DNA of 64,000 bases from the NCBI GenBank assembly GCA_000708835.1, contig DF237394.1:13788-77787 (forward strand). The letters are read 5' to 3'. The first letter of the stretch is position 1. Each line of letters opens with the position of its first letter. Source of the stretch: Klebsormidium nitens (taxonomy: Eukaryota; Plantae; Klebsormidiophyceae). Under the pieces are notes generated by a model. That model saw nothing but the letters and a program-made list of their open reading frames with translations, was not told where the DNA came from and searched no databases. The position numbers and the translations under genes were made by a program. Of this stretch, positions 1 through 13,300 are shown one piece after another.

Positions 1-2598
1 GACAACCTGCTGCGAGTGCTGGAGGACATGCGGGGCAAGCTGACGCAGCTGGAGCGCACTACAGACCGCCTGGAGAGCACCGTCGCAGAGCTGCAGAACA
101 GGAGCGCCGACCAGCATGGGGAGCTGGACGGGCGCGTCAGGGGGCTGGAACACGTCCTACGTGAGGTGCGCGTAAAAGCAACGCGACAGTGGGCCTAGGG
201 ACATTGTGTCTGAGGAGGCTGGGCTTGAGTGGACAAGCACAGGGCTGCGCTGCTGGAGAGAGACTTTGATTTTCAGTCAAATCACTTTTGTTTATTAGTA
301 ATTCAGCACTCCACTTACCTAATCTGTCCTACTGCTGATGTCAAGCTAGAAGCCGCAAATGACTTACCTCAGAGCATTACACTCTGTTGGACGTCTGAAG
401 CAGCTGTTCTGTTTCCCCCTCCCCGTGCAGGTACAGCGCGGCGTGCAGCTGCTGCGGGACAAGTCGGAGCTGCAAGAGGCACAGGCGGAGCTGGCCAAGA
501 TGCAGATGACAACCACCGCCGCCAAGCCTCCCCTTCCCGCGCAAGCCCCTCCTGCGCTCACGGCACCGCCCCAGACATTCCCGGCGCTCACTGCTCCCCC
601 GTTGGTCCCTGAGGAACCCGCGAAGCCAGCGGCGCCGATGCAGATGCAGCCACAGCCCCAGGTAAAAGGCTGTCCCGATGAAAATCGTTGTACTGTACTG
701 TACTGAACGAAAAGAAATCGAATCTCTGTGGGCCTCTTCAAGTTTTTGCAACTACCTCTTCAACCGTTTAGGCCAATGACTGACAGATTCTGTCCTCTCA
801 ACTGCCTTGAGAATACCAAGAAGAGGCACTTTCCAGCTTTGAAACAGGTTTTACTTTCACGCCGTTCAGCTCCACTTGGCACAGAGATTCTCTGACACTG
901 AACCACTGCGCGCCAATCCTCAGGTCGAGCAGCAGCCAGCGCCTGCCCCTGTCCCCCTCCCATCGGCTCCTTCTGCCCCCCCTCAGCAGCTCTCCGTTCC
1001 GGTTCCTCAGTACCAGGCCCCCCCCAAGCCCCCAGCCAGCCCCCACCCCAGGCACCCCCCAGCCTCAAGGGCCCCNNNNNNNNNNNNNNNNNNNNCAAGG
1101 GCCCCACCGCAGCAGCCAAACTATTCGCAACCCCCTGCTTACATGCCGCAGCAGCCCCCGGCTACGTGCCCCCCCTCCGCCCCCCGTCCCTCCAGCAGCC
1201 CCAGCAACCGCAGGGGCCGAGCGGGCCTGCCCCCCGCCCCCGCCAGTACGGGCCCCAGGCGCCTCCCTACATGCAGAGGCCCCCTCCCCAGCAGCAGCAA
1301 GAGGCGCCCGCGTATCTGCCTCAGGGGTATGGACAGCAGGCCGGCGCGCCCCCCCACCAGATGCCGCCTCCTCCGCCGCAGCCGCAGCAGGGACCCCCTC
1401 GACAGGGCTACGAAGGCGCACCCCCGCAGGGAGCACCACACCCAGGTAGGCAGTGGTTTGGAGATTGATGCACATCGTGGAGGCTTGGTTTTCATTGTTC
1501 CAAATTTCGGACGACATCCGTCGCGGAAGAGTTGGCACCATTCTTCTGCGAAGCAGTATATTGCCAAAAAAATGAGTGTCCATAAGGCTGACACAAGTCT
1601 TGGTAAGAGGTTGTCTCGTGACCCCGACTTGGAGCTATCTTTTGCTACTGGCGTTAATCACCGCTGGGTTTTGAATGATCACTGGCCTTCTAGGTAATCT
1701 GTCCCAACAAGGCACGCGATTCACTCGATTGCGCACCCAAATTCTGCACTGTAGGTTAAAGCTTGCATGGAGAATGTGCTGGACTTCACACCCAGCTTGA
1801 GTATTTCTTGCCTAAAGTGGTGTGTGTCAGCTCCTCAACCAGCGGATAGAAGTTGTTGCTGACTGAGCACTCCTGCAGGTGGCCGGCTAGCCCTTCCGCC
1901 GCCCCCTGGCAGCTACGGCCCCCCGCCACCCCAGGGCTATAGTGAACGGCCCGGGTCGACGGGGGGGTACGACCGCCCTCCGAGCGCCAGCTATGATCGT
2001 CCCCCCACATCCGGATATGAGCGCCAGGCCCCGCCTCCCTTCGAGCGGCCGCCCCCTCCGAACTACGATCGGCAATCCGGGTACGAGCCTCGAGTGCCAG
2101 CATCCCCATACGGCCCTCCTCCTCAGTATGGTGCAGGGGGGCCTCCGCCTGCGCCCGGGACATATCCCCGCTTGCAGATGGCTCAGCCCGTGCAGTCTTC
2201 AGAACCACCTCGGACAGCTGGCTCCGGTGGACCAGCGCAGCTGAGCACGAGCAAGATGCCCATCGAGCAGGTAAGGCGGACCTGGTTCAAATTTTCCCTT
2301 CAGGCTCCTTGTCGGCTCTCCCAGTTTTCCTAGATGTTTCCTTGTATGTGGACACCTTCATAGACTCTGCTTCAGCACTAGAGGATTAGGTGTGGCAATC
2401 TGGAAGCCCACTAAGACTTGCGTCCTTCGCTGTTGGCAGGTGATTGACGACGTGGCCGCAATGGGATTCCACAAAGACGAGGTTCGCAGCATCGTGAGGC
2501 AGCTCACCGAGACCGGCAAGTCAGTGGACCTCAACATTGTGTTGGACACACTCATGACGCGGTCAGGGGGAGCAGCTCCTACCGGGAGGAGCTGGTAG
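1..2598 (+). CDS. DUF1421 / FLOE1-like prion-like protein (5' end outside window)
   Basis: Spliced model: exons <1-165, 431-661, 924-1445, 1879-2270, 2440-2598, all GT-AG. Coiled coil ending QRGVQLLRDKSELQEAQAELAKMQ resembles the FLOE/DUF1421 family as recalled (VHRSVQILRDKQEL). It is followed by a long Q/P/Y-rich low-complexity region, a YPRL..AQ motif and a C-terminal VIDDVAAMGFHKDEVRSIVRQLTETGKSVDLNIVLDTLM DUF1421-type domain. Exon 3 has an N-gap and an apparent frameshift. Confidence 0.85.
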
Positions 2599-4793
2599 GG
2601 CCGGTATGGTTTCTCGCATGGGAGTCCAGTGTACTTTAGGTGTAACCCACAAGGTAGCATATTACGTACGTCACTTCGTCAACTTGTACATTCTTGTGCT
2701 CATTTTTGCTTATCTCGATGTTGTATGCTGACATTGTACTAGAGCAGATTCGACCACCTTCCTTTTGTACCTCATTCCAGATCATTGCATGTGGTCAGAC
2801 ACAGGGCTGTTTGTTGCAAATTGGGAGCCTTCGGCGTGGATGTGATCATGCAACTATGGGGCAAGAAAGGAAACACCGAAGTTATCTACTTGCAGTCTTT
2901 TTTATCGCTGCTCAGCACTACGAGGTGCTGGCTCATTGTAACAAGCTAGCCAGGCGGCTTCCATGCACATAGCGAAAATTACCGCCGGAGAGTAATCAAC
3001 TCGGTAAAGTTGTACGTTGATTGTGTGCATGTGCGCTTGGACTCGAGCTGCATCTAGACTTGGAGTTGATTACATGCTCAAGTTGCTGAGTTGCGCATCG
3101 CATGACGTCGGTGCGTGAATTTAATTTCCTGATTCCTTGCGGCATGCAACTTGCCATGCACATCAGTGCGGTGCAGCCAGTGGGGGTTGCGAGTCATGTG
3201 CACTGCACTAGTCCAATTGGTAAATTCGACCATTCACGCAACAGGCTCATGTCGACATTTTTGTTGAGTGTTGAGATCATATACGATCGAGTATCTAGAG
3301 CTGTATACCGCGTGCCGCGTGCGTCTCTGTTGCACATACATGAAAGACATTTCACATTTCACTATAACTCGGCTGCTCATGTATGTTAACTTCCAATGTA
3401 TCGCGTACGTGTACCAAAAATGGAATCTAGGTGTCTGCGATCTAACGTCTACAATGTACTACAACAATCAATGATACACTGCAATTGCTTCTGCGCCTCT
3501 CTGCGGTCTACATCCCTACCAAGATCGGATTGTTGCCCGCTGATTAGTGCGAATCCTAGTTCCAACAGATTGCCCGGAGGCGACAAGTAGCTAGCGGAGT
3601 CACGGTTGCTTTGACTAGCACGCCACTGGCAAGTTTAGTTGTAATCCGGTAAGCTGTTGTTAGACTAGGTTCGGTGACTAATTCAGTGTACGCACTTTGA
3701 TTTGGTTAGGTAGCTAGACGTTCAAGACCCAAACAATTGCCATGTATGCCATGGAAGCCTATGGCCCATGTGGCTACGGCGTTTGAAAAGAGAACAATTG
3801 AAATTGATGTTCTCAATTGTACGTCAGACTCTAAACGATGCGCCAGCTAGGCCCTGCAGCGTTTTGCAGTGCATGCCCGGCTAGCGATCATGACATGCTC
3901 GAGACATCGTCATGCAAGTATGCGGCTCAGGGCCCTCATTGCGTGACATGTGCATCATGCATGACGCGGTTGAGTATGATGAAATGCTGCAAAATGAGCG
4001 TACCATGATGATCCGAAGCCTTAGACAACCCTGGTAAGCGCCAGGATAAGTTCGCAGGGCATGATAAGTTGTTCCATGGGTCAGCTCACCTAGACACTCG
4101 ATATGCTTCCGCCTGTTGTTGGGAAACTCAAAAACGAAGTGTCTGTTTGCGCCCAATCCGAGAGTTTCGTTTGTACAGTATAGGCCAGACCATGCACCCT
4201 TAAATTTGACTACAAACCGGTCCAATTGCAATATGCTCAATCAGCCGCCCTACACCTCATTAAATAAGCACCTAGGGTGTCGGACATGACGTCTGAGGTC
4301 ATGACAGACGAACCCTCGGTTGATGCAGTGCCTTTGACTAGGTCCTTACAGGATCTTGGCCGCCTCCAAACACCTACGCTTATTCTTCTTCTCAGATGAG
4401 ACCCACCTCTGTAGGCACAAAGAAACTAGCTCCGATCAATAGGCTTTTGAGGACGGTCTCGCAGCTTTCAACTCTTGATCATTTGACGTTTATGTACGTT
4501 AACAACTACAATCACCGCCAGCTGGCGAATTGCTAATGAGCAGAAGACAAAACAGCCATGCCATGGCTTACCAATACCTACCCAGACACCTAAACATGTA
4601 CAGTAAAGGCTGGTCCGCATTGCCACACCCGGAGTCTACCCCACGTCAAACTGAAACTGCCCCAGACATCTGGCGCCACCAGATAAATCTTACCGCCCTC
4701 GGTTCGAGTCGTCTACCGACCGCGCCCTTTGATCATTGCTAATCTGCTACATACAGGGACCCCACCCCTTCGGCTTGGCTGGCTAACGGCCGG

Positions 4794-7700
4794 CTAGTGA
4801 CCGTTTCTGATCGAAACACGGAGCAGCGGGCTCGGGCTGGGTTGTATCAGCAGATTGTCCAGTGCGTGCGAGAACCGGCCGTCTGCCTGGCTGCGCGCCA
4901 GCCGCAGCTCGAAGCGCTGCACGAGCGTCGCAATCACCACCTTCTGCTCGACGATGGAGAAGGCGCGCCCCAAGCACGCGCGTGCGCCCCGCCCAAAGGT
5001 CATGAACGAGGGCGACGAACCCGGGTCGATGAAACTCGCGTCCGCCGAGGGATCCCCCCCGGAGGAACCCATAACCGGACAGTCGGCCACTTGTGCGCAC
5101 GCCATGCTCGAGAAGGGACATCCCCCAGATGACCCGGTCACCTGTGCAGAATTTGTCTCAAAAAGTCGGGGCTCGGGCGCGCTTTTCCTCAAGAAGCGCT
5201 CGGGACGAAACTCGTCGGCGTCGCAGCCCCAGGCCGCCGGGTCCCGGTTGAGGCTCTCCACGGGCGCCGCAATTGCGGTTCCCCGGGGGATGACGTGGCC
5301 CCCCACGACCAGGTCGCGCGCGCTGCTGACGCGCGACTTGGTCACGTTAACAGGCGCCAGCCGAAGGGACTCGTGGATGACCGCGGGCAAGTACTGCAGG
5401 CGACGGACGTCCGCCTCGGAGGGGGGGCTGCTCGTGCAGCAGTGCGCGATCTCGGCGTACACTTTGGCCTGCACGGCCGGGTACTGCGCGAGGCGCAGCA
5501 GGATCCACATGAGGGACGTGCCCGTCGTGTGGTTGCCTGCAAACATGGTTCCCACCACCTGGGCCTTCGCCTGCGCGCAGGAAAGAAGTAACGACATGTC
5601 AGGGCTTTACATACCATCAGTCTACATTCTTCACCTCCGGATGAGAAGTAAATTGGACACAAAGCTGTCCGCTTGTCACTCTGCGCCATTCGATAACGGA
5701 ATTGTGACGCAAAGGACTGCCAATTGATATGAGAACCTGCTCTGGATTGCATTCAACACATTCAAGAGCCCTGCAGAGTCATTGTCAACCGCTCCGCACT
5801 GCACCTAGACTGACCTGCTCGCGTGTGTAGAGCAGTTCCCCGCTCGTCCTGTCCTTCGCACTCAGCAGGGACCCCAGAAAGTCACTGCTCAGGTCAGGGG
5901 CCCCCGTCCCAATCGCCGGTGCTCGTAACGCCGCCTCTTTCGTTTGGAGCAGTTCCTCTGCGATCTCGGTCAGTCGGCGGCAGTCGCGGCGCAACGCCCG
6001 GTAGCGCGCGTCCCACCAGGGGTCGACCACGTGGGAGGCAAACACGGCAGACTCTCGTGGGGTCGATACGAACAGTCGCTCAAATTCGCGGCATATCGGC
6101 AGTGCCCACGTGTCCTCTCCAAAAGCAACGGAGCCAATGATCTGCACAGACAGGGCAGCATGTGTGCGAATCTTGCAACAGCAAGTAGAGAAAGCCTTCA
6201 AGACAATGAGCAGTCGCAGCGACATAGAGAAGGCCAAGGCAGATCCAACCAGAGCGAGGATGAGTGTTCGCAAATCTTGAATAGCAGTACATCCTGGTGA
6301 TGAATAAGTTGAACCAGCAAAACGGCCACAAGTACAACGAGAACAAGAACGAAGTTTCACGAGATCTTTAACAATCCAACCTTTCTTTGCACCCCCTCTA
6401 GGTCAGGACCTAGTCGAAAGCTTTCCGCCCGGAGTCAATAACAGATATTACCCGTGTCTTTGCCGAGGGGCTCCGTGTTGAAAAGAACATTATCCCAGAC
6501 CTCTTGCAATCTGCCACTTGAAGGGGCCCTCAAAAGGCAACGGGCAAAATCTAGCTGCACAGATCAGTGAATGCAAGTGACACTTCTCCTTGGAGAGCAC
6601 CACTTAAGCTCCTCACAGCATTCAACTTTTCAAAACCTGTCATCCCCTCACCTCCAGCGCCAGGCTCGAGCAACAAGCCTTGAGGTCGATGTCCTCCCCT
6701 TGTGAAGCGCCCCACCGCTCCACCACTTTGGCCACGCTCGCCAGTGAGACTGGGTGCACTCGCTCCAGGAAGCTGGTGCGCAGGTGCTGCGCCAGCCAGG
6801 AGCGCCGAGCCTTCACCTCGCGAAGGTCCCCCCAGAAGATGCTGGCTGCTGGCAAGAATGGCGCGCTTCGCTTGCCCCCGTGAGGGTTGGAGGTCGCCTG
6901 GGCAAATACCTGCTTCACGTGGGCGGGCTCCTGTGGGGGAAGAAAAGAGGGGGCATAAGGGAAGTGCGGTTAAATGAGATACAAAGCCCCCTGTAAATTG
7001 TGATCACAGACAGATAGAGCGCTGGAAGCAGCTTGCTGCAGAAATGGCTGACAGGAATCAAGATCACTTGAGGATTCTGGAACCAATGTAAAAGCTGTAC
7101 CTCCTGGTAGGAATCGAACGCCCCTTGAAGGTAAAGCAGTTCTAGACACCACCCTGGCCTTGCCAGGACCTCTGACTGCGCTGATCGAAACCGCATACAC
7201 TCCATTAAACTCCTTATTCTATACCAAATGCGAGAGGGCAAATATGAGAGTAGGAACCATACCACTGCTCGTAGGATCTAGAATCACCTCTCGATTGGAT
7301 TAAAGTGCTTTACCACAAGTGTGGCTGATCCTGGGGGCTCTACACCACAAAAAGCAGGCCTCGTAGAAAAGGAGAATGGCTCTCACAAGGTGGTCATGTA
7401 TATCGATTGCAAGATGATGATGACCATACTGATCAGAGTGTTGACTGATCACCATCTTGGCTTGCAACATAGGTACTACTGATCATAAATGCCTTGATTG
7501 CCCAACCTCGAAACCTTCAGGTGCATGATGGAGAATTGGAACTTTCCAAGATCATGCCAGAAATCATTGCGACTTGCTTGGGACACTCCAGTAAAAGTAA
7601 ACTTGCAACCTTTAGGAAGTCAACAGAGGCAGACTGCGAGAGTCCCCCAACGCCGCACTCACATGGACCGACACCACAAGCTGGCGGCCCTTCCAGAAGC

Positions 7701-8031
7701 GCACCACAGGCCCGTACTCCTTGTGCAGGCCCCGGATGAAGGCCGTGTAGTGCACCCAACCCCCCGCGGCCTGAAGATCCCTCAGATTGCCCCTCCACAA
7801 CTCAGCAGGGGGGCCGGGAATTGTCGAGGCCAGGGCCCAAAACCTCCACCACTTGCTCAGCTGACATACAGCCCATATTACAGAAAGAACCAGAACCAAG
7901 ACTGCCCACGTTAAGAACGCCCATTTGAAGGGGCTCAGAGCAGTTGCAAAGAGGTTCATTCCCCCCCTGCCCCCACCCCCCACATCGAGAGCCACATCAG
8001 CAGGCCCCATTGCCCGTTCCGCAGCCACCAT
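4794..8031 (-). CDS. Cytochrome P450, CYP727-clan-like
   Basis: Exons ~8031-7663, 6930-6652, 6141-5815, 5570-4794, all GT-AG and phase 0. N-terminal TM helix plus IPGPP hinge, I-helix AGNHTT, K-helix ESLR, FRPERF and heme motif FGRGARACLG. The CYP727 assignment rests on recalled similarity of the WRFWALASTIPGPP N-terminus and the long PERF-to-heme insert. Start codon uncertain (8031, 8010 or 7959). Confidence 0.9.
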
Positions 8032-10399
8032 GTGCGCGATCAGCACATGGAACCGCTGCTCCACTGCTGCAATAAAGGGGACCACAAACTCGAGGTGGGG
8101 GCTGTGCTCTGAGATCAATAGGCTAAGCATTGTTAAAGGGCAGAGGGGGGCAGGACTGGCTTTGCAGCTGGACCCCGGCTGATTCAGTCTTTGGCCTCAA
8201 AAAGGACGCGGGCACGTCTCTCATGTCCTATGAATCGAGGAGCCTTATCAAGCACACAACTGGAAGGCTGCTGAGGGAAGCTCAACTACAGGGCTACGCT
8301 TCCCTGTCCACATTGCTTTTGGACTTTGAGGCACACCTCCGATGCAGTTCCAAATCTTGCTGCCCTCTTTCAGGAGAGGCTCTGTCCTCCGCTTTAAGTT
8401 TGCCGCAACCTCCAGTGCCCTGTCTTACAGTTGGTTGGCAGACAGGCCAGAGGAGTATGCATTCAACGTCGTGAACAACTTTTCAGAAGTCAGCCTCCAG
8501 GAGAAGGGACTAGAACCATGCAAGCTGGTTTGCGCAAAGCTGGGCAACGTGTGGAAGACGCCGGCAAATCTGTCCATACAGACCCTTGCCTAGATGCCTT
8601 CGTTGCTGGACAGGCAAGAGCCCTGCCCTGTCAACTCTTGCTCAGGTCGTCACCCTGGGGGCTACGCAGCTCACACTGATCTTTCCCCGCAAGAAGTCCG
8701 CTCTGCATTCCGTTCTTCTGGTTCGAAATAGGAATTTTGAAGATCATTGAACTACCTATCCTACTTCATCCGAAGGCGCTGGCCCCTCTTCTTTTCCTTT
8801 CCGTCTTTCCTGCCCTTCCCTGCCTTTCTTGGTCTGACAAAGTAGGAGAAGCTGGAACAGTTCAAAACGACAGCCATTGAGCTGGCACTTTCTCTTCCAG
8901 GTACCTTCCAAGCATTAAAATGTACTACAGTAAGGTTAAAATGTACTACAGTAGACGACTTCGAAGTGATACATGCCTGGTAGGTACGTACTACGGTGCA
9001 CCAACACCTAGGATACCGTACCTACAAAGCTAGGTTGGTTAAAACCGTAGCTGTAGGTTGCGGGTAGGTACACGGAGTGACGATCCTGACTCCCGAGTCC
9101 TGACTCCTGAGTTCTGACGTCTCATTCCTCACAGGTCTTTAGGTAAACCGTACGTGCTGGTTTCCCGAGTGACGACAGCAACGCGTGCAAAGAGTCACTG
9201 CGCGTAGACAGCGGAAGCTTGATCGCATCACGTATCGGATTCCTTCTCATCACAGCCAATCAAATGGCAAGACGTGCGAACCTGCGTCACTCAGGGTTTG
9301 CTTTGCGTCACACTTTGCTGACGCTGAATCGATGTGTGAGCGTCACTTGTGATCTCAGCAGATTCTTAGAATCTTGTGCCCCGCAAACCCCGCTGTTAAT
9401 CATTGAGGATGGCCCCCCTTTCGGGACCGCCCGGCCGGGCAGGCGGGCCCAGCAGACACTGGTCAGTAGACTCCTCCGACCGGCTGCAATTTGCCGCTCT
9501 ACAATTAAACCACGACTGTGAGACAGAGTTAGTAACTTGGTATCAAGTGTCAAGGTGTACACCAACCATTCCTTGGGACCTTGGCCCGGCGCTTATTGAT
9601 ATGCCCGGAATTTGAGTCGGTTCCCACAGCGATCCGAGCGCCATAGTCCGTCGATAAAAGTCAACGCAAGCCAGCGGCCGTCGATACAGATTACGGTATG
9701 CAAGAAGTATAAACCACAATTCCTGAGTTCGCAATGCGTAAAAGTACAATACGTGCACAAGAGCCGCTATCGCAGCTCATGAAGGAGATGGCTTTCCAAG
9801 TGTTCAATATAGTACCGTTAAAAACGGAATTTGAGGTACCGTTACGTAGACCACCTCGATCCAACCTCGCTTGTTCTTATGGCTTATCAAACCGGCTGAT
9901 GATCATCGACGAGCCTGACCAACTTATTAGTAGCATGCCCAGGTTGTGTCTTGGGAAATCTATTAATGAAGGAATTTCAAGGGGGTTTGTGACATGGGCT
10001 CAAACTGTGGATTTCAATGTGTTGCACTGTCAGCGACAAATTTCACGTCTGGTGAGTCCAATGGAGCGAATAGACTGTCCTTATGTCTGAATCGATATTG
10101 ACTTTAATAGTCGCTCGGTATGGGGACCCCTGCATGTGTACGTCCGTCAAGCATCATACCGAGGCCCACTTTGATTAATGACAGTCATGCCAGTACAGTA
10201 CCGGGGTAAAGTGACCATCAGATCCAACCGACGATTCGTCAACGAACCTGGGTCATGACATCTGCGCAACTTGATGCGTATCAGGCACTGTGGCATCACC
10301 CTTCGCGTTCGCGTTTATGACATTAATACATGCCCTTCAAATCACCATGATTTGAGGCCCTGCTGCAAGAATGCGTACGCTCGACATGCGCGCACGTAT

Positions 10400-13300
10400 T
10401 CATAGAACGACTCTCGTCAACGTTTGTTCGCGCTTTTCTACAGCGGCACACAGGCACTCGGGAAGGGGGTTCGCATAAAAGTACTCCTCGCCTTTCCTCG
10501 CCTCCTGTCTGCTCATCCCCTCGTCTTTCAAGCCCTTGGCTCGCACCCGCGCCTGCCCAGAGTCGCTGCCCTGAGCCGCCGCCAGCTGCTGCCAACACGT
10601 GGCAACGTCAACGTTCCCGGCAGCGAACTCGTCCAAGACCGGAATCAGCTCCTTTCCTTGCAGATGTATTGTTTTCCTATGCCCCGAGAATCGTCGGTGC
10701 CCTCGCACAGCTTTCGCCATGTTGCCCGAGAAGGTTGCGACGAAGACGTCACTTGCAACACTGATGACGTAGTCCACTGCGGCCCATTGATTCAAGTGGG
10801 CTTGCAGGGCGGTCAGCTGCGCCGGCGGGACCAGCGACTCCTGGAGACGCACGACAACTTTTCACCATGCAACCAGATTCGGATTCTCACTAGAGGTGCT
10901 GAGCCAGCGGTTCTGGTCAAACAGACTTAATGTGCAGCAGAAATAGTAGCCAGGGATCCCAGAGCCCTGTGCTGGAGCTGATCAAGACGCCGAGCAATCA
11001 GCGCGCTCCACATTTCATTGGCTCCAGTGCGATCGGACAACGCTGAGGATAAAAAGAGCAAACAACCCGGCCGTGAGGAGCACTGCCGTCACATGGTCGC
11101 TCGCCCATTTGCTCCATGTCACTGCTCTAATTAGTATTTGTGTCGCAAAGCACCGTGAGTCCGAGGGCCATTCACACTGCTGGTAGCCTCACCTTGGTAA
11201 CTAGGTTGGGGAACTGCTCTCTAAGCGGAGCCAGCGCGTCCGGTCCGCCAAAGAGCTCCCCCGAGGCCAAGTAAATCACTGTATCGCGCCCGAAGCCGAG
11301 CGCGCGCAGAGTTAGGCCCACCTCCGAGGGGCTGAGCGGGCACCGCCCCGAGCGGCGCGCCTCGAGCGGGTTGATCTCCTTCACGCGCCACTGCGGCGTG
11401 GCCAGCCTGGAAACGAAAGAGGGCAATGTCATGGGTTTTTCTGTCTTTATTTGGGGAGATTTTCAGGCAGAACCGTGAACAAAAGCGCAACAAGAGACTG
11501 GCGGACAAGAGAAAAGAAAGTGGGGCCAGCACGCATGGCCTACAGGGTCGGGGTGCGGATTGTTTCAGATCGGTCTGGGTTTCAGATCGGTCTCGAAGCC
11601 TCGCTTTCAGCGTTCAGGAGTACAGGACTAGGTATACATCCTAACGGAGAGTATGCGGGGATTGCACGTCCCGGTCGGGCGATATCCAAAGAACGAGACG
11701 AGAGAGAGCATATTAGCAGGGCGTTTCCCTACGCGACAGAACGAGAGCTTCTTTGACACGAGACTTTCCTCTTTACGACATCAAGACCCACATCTCTTCA
11801 CAGAAAAGCTCACCTGACCGCTGTCAGTGCGTCTGCCTCTGCGGGCGCGAGGCCGTGCGTGCAGCCGCTGAATGCCAGCACGTCCTTCTCGTACCGCAGG
11901 TGCAACGCCACAAAGGGTCCCCGCGCCCGAAGCTTTTGCACCAAGCCGTCGGCCAGGGTGCGCATGGGCGCCGCAAAGCGCAGCGCGTGGAATGCGACCT
12001 TGCAGCGCAGCTTCTGGACTGAGGGCGGCAGCTCGTTGTTGGCCAGCGTGGTGTCAGTCTTGGCGACCTCGATCACCTGGCACGCGGGGGAGAAACAGCT
12101 GGCGGGCATGCTAGAGGGTGGGCGGAGGTTTAACGAGCATAAAAACTGCCCTGCAACGCGATAAGCTGGAAAAGGGCGTTGGTTAGGTGGAACGTCGTCT
12201 GAAAGCCAGCCGTCGGTCAGATTGATTAATCAAGAAGTCAAGAAGGACTTCTTCGCTTAAGCCAAGTGGTTTGAAGCTGCTGACATGCAATGGTTAGGAC
12301 CCAGTACAACGCTTAGGTGATCTGAAGTCTGAGAATGGAGGGGCGATCTTATATTTAGCCACACTCCCTTCATTTCTGCGTGCTTTCAGAATTCACTGAG
12401 GTAAACCTATTCCAAAAAGGAATGCACCATGTGCCGACGTTTCAGTTGGCGGACTCTATCTCGACTTTGGACGTTCTCCCTAGACTGCGGGACGTCCACT
12501 TCGTCTCTCTGTATTGATTGTGACCAGCGGGATGACTAAAAAGACAGCTCCATAATGCCGGGTCCCTCAAAATGTGACAATAAGGGCGTACCTTGTAGTT
12601 CTGCCAGAGGGGGGCGATCATGCTGTGGTAGTACTGCAGGTCGGACCACGTCTTGAAGTGTTTCCGCGCCACGGGGGCACCCTGCAGCTCTGCCGGGAGG
12701 GCAGCCACCACCGGCACGTCATCCGGGAGGGCCTCGATAAAGAACGGCAGGTCGAACAGCTCCTCAAACGTGCTACACAAAGACAGCACACGGAAGTCAG
12801 ACTGCGGACTGCCCGGTGGACTGCCCGGTTGCTTGCAGTGCGGTTACTATCTATCAATGGGTTGACAGGACGCAATTTCTCCCACATGCTGAAGACCCTA
12901 TCTCGGAGATTGTAGACATGCCACCACTATCTTTGGCTGCCCTGCTCCCGCTCTGACCTCGCAAAGCAGCTGTGCTGCGTCCATTTGCGTCTGTCCAAAG
13001 TCACCCTGAGTTGTAGAACGGATGCCAAAAGCACCTGCGAAGCTTGTTCTGGAATACAACTATCAGCTTTTCAGTCACCCTGTGTGGAGACAGTGTGAGG
13101 GATATGGCCCTCACCTGTTGTCCTGCCAGAACGACCGTGCGTCCAGGTACGGCACGACCAGCGCGGCCTCCAACACTCGGGCGATTGCCACCATATCCGC
13201 GATCCCCAGCCGCATCTGGTTCAGACCCCCATTGGCATGGACCACCAGATGTCCCTTGGGGTTCGCCAACACCCGCAGCTCAGTTTCTATGCACGGCACA

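Noticed and set aside
2700-4700. Short ORFs in intergenic DNA (also 9200-10100 and 24000-25900)
   Set aside because: No motifs, splice-consistent chains or coding-like composition.
4855-5727. 290-aa plus-strand ORF, and similar long ORFs at 15923-16741, 16796-17428 and 27702-28844
   Set aside because: Antisense shadows of GC-rich coding exons with no independent motifs.
8915-8953. Tandem ttaaaatgtactacagta duplication and GTAC-rich patches as SBP/CuRE elements
   Set aside because: GTAC-rich words are scattered through most intergenic DNA here, so there is no specific enrichment to argue from.
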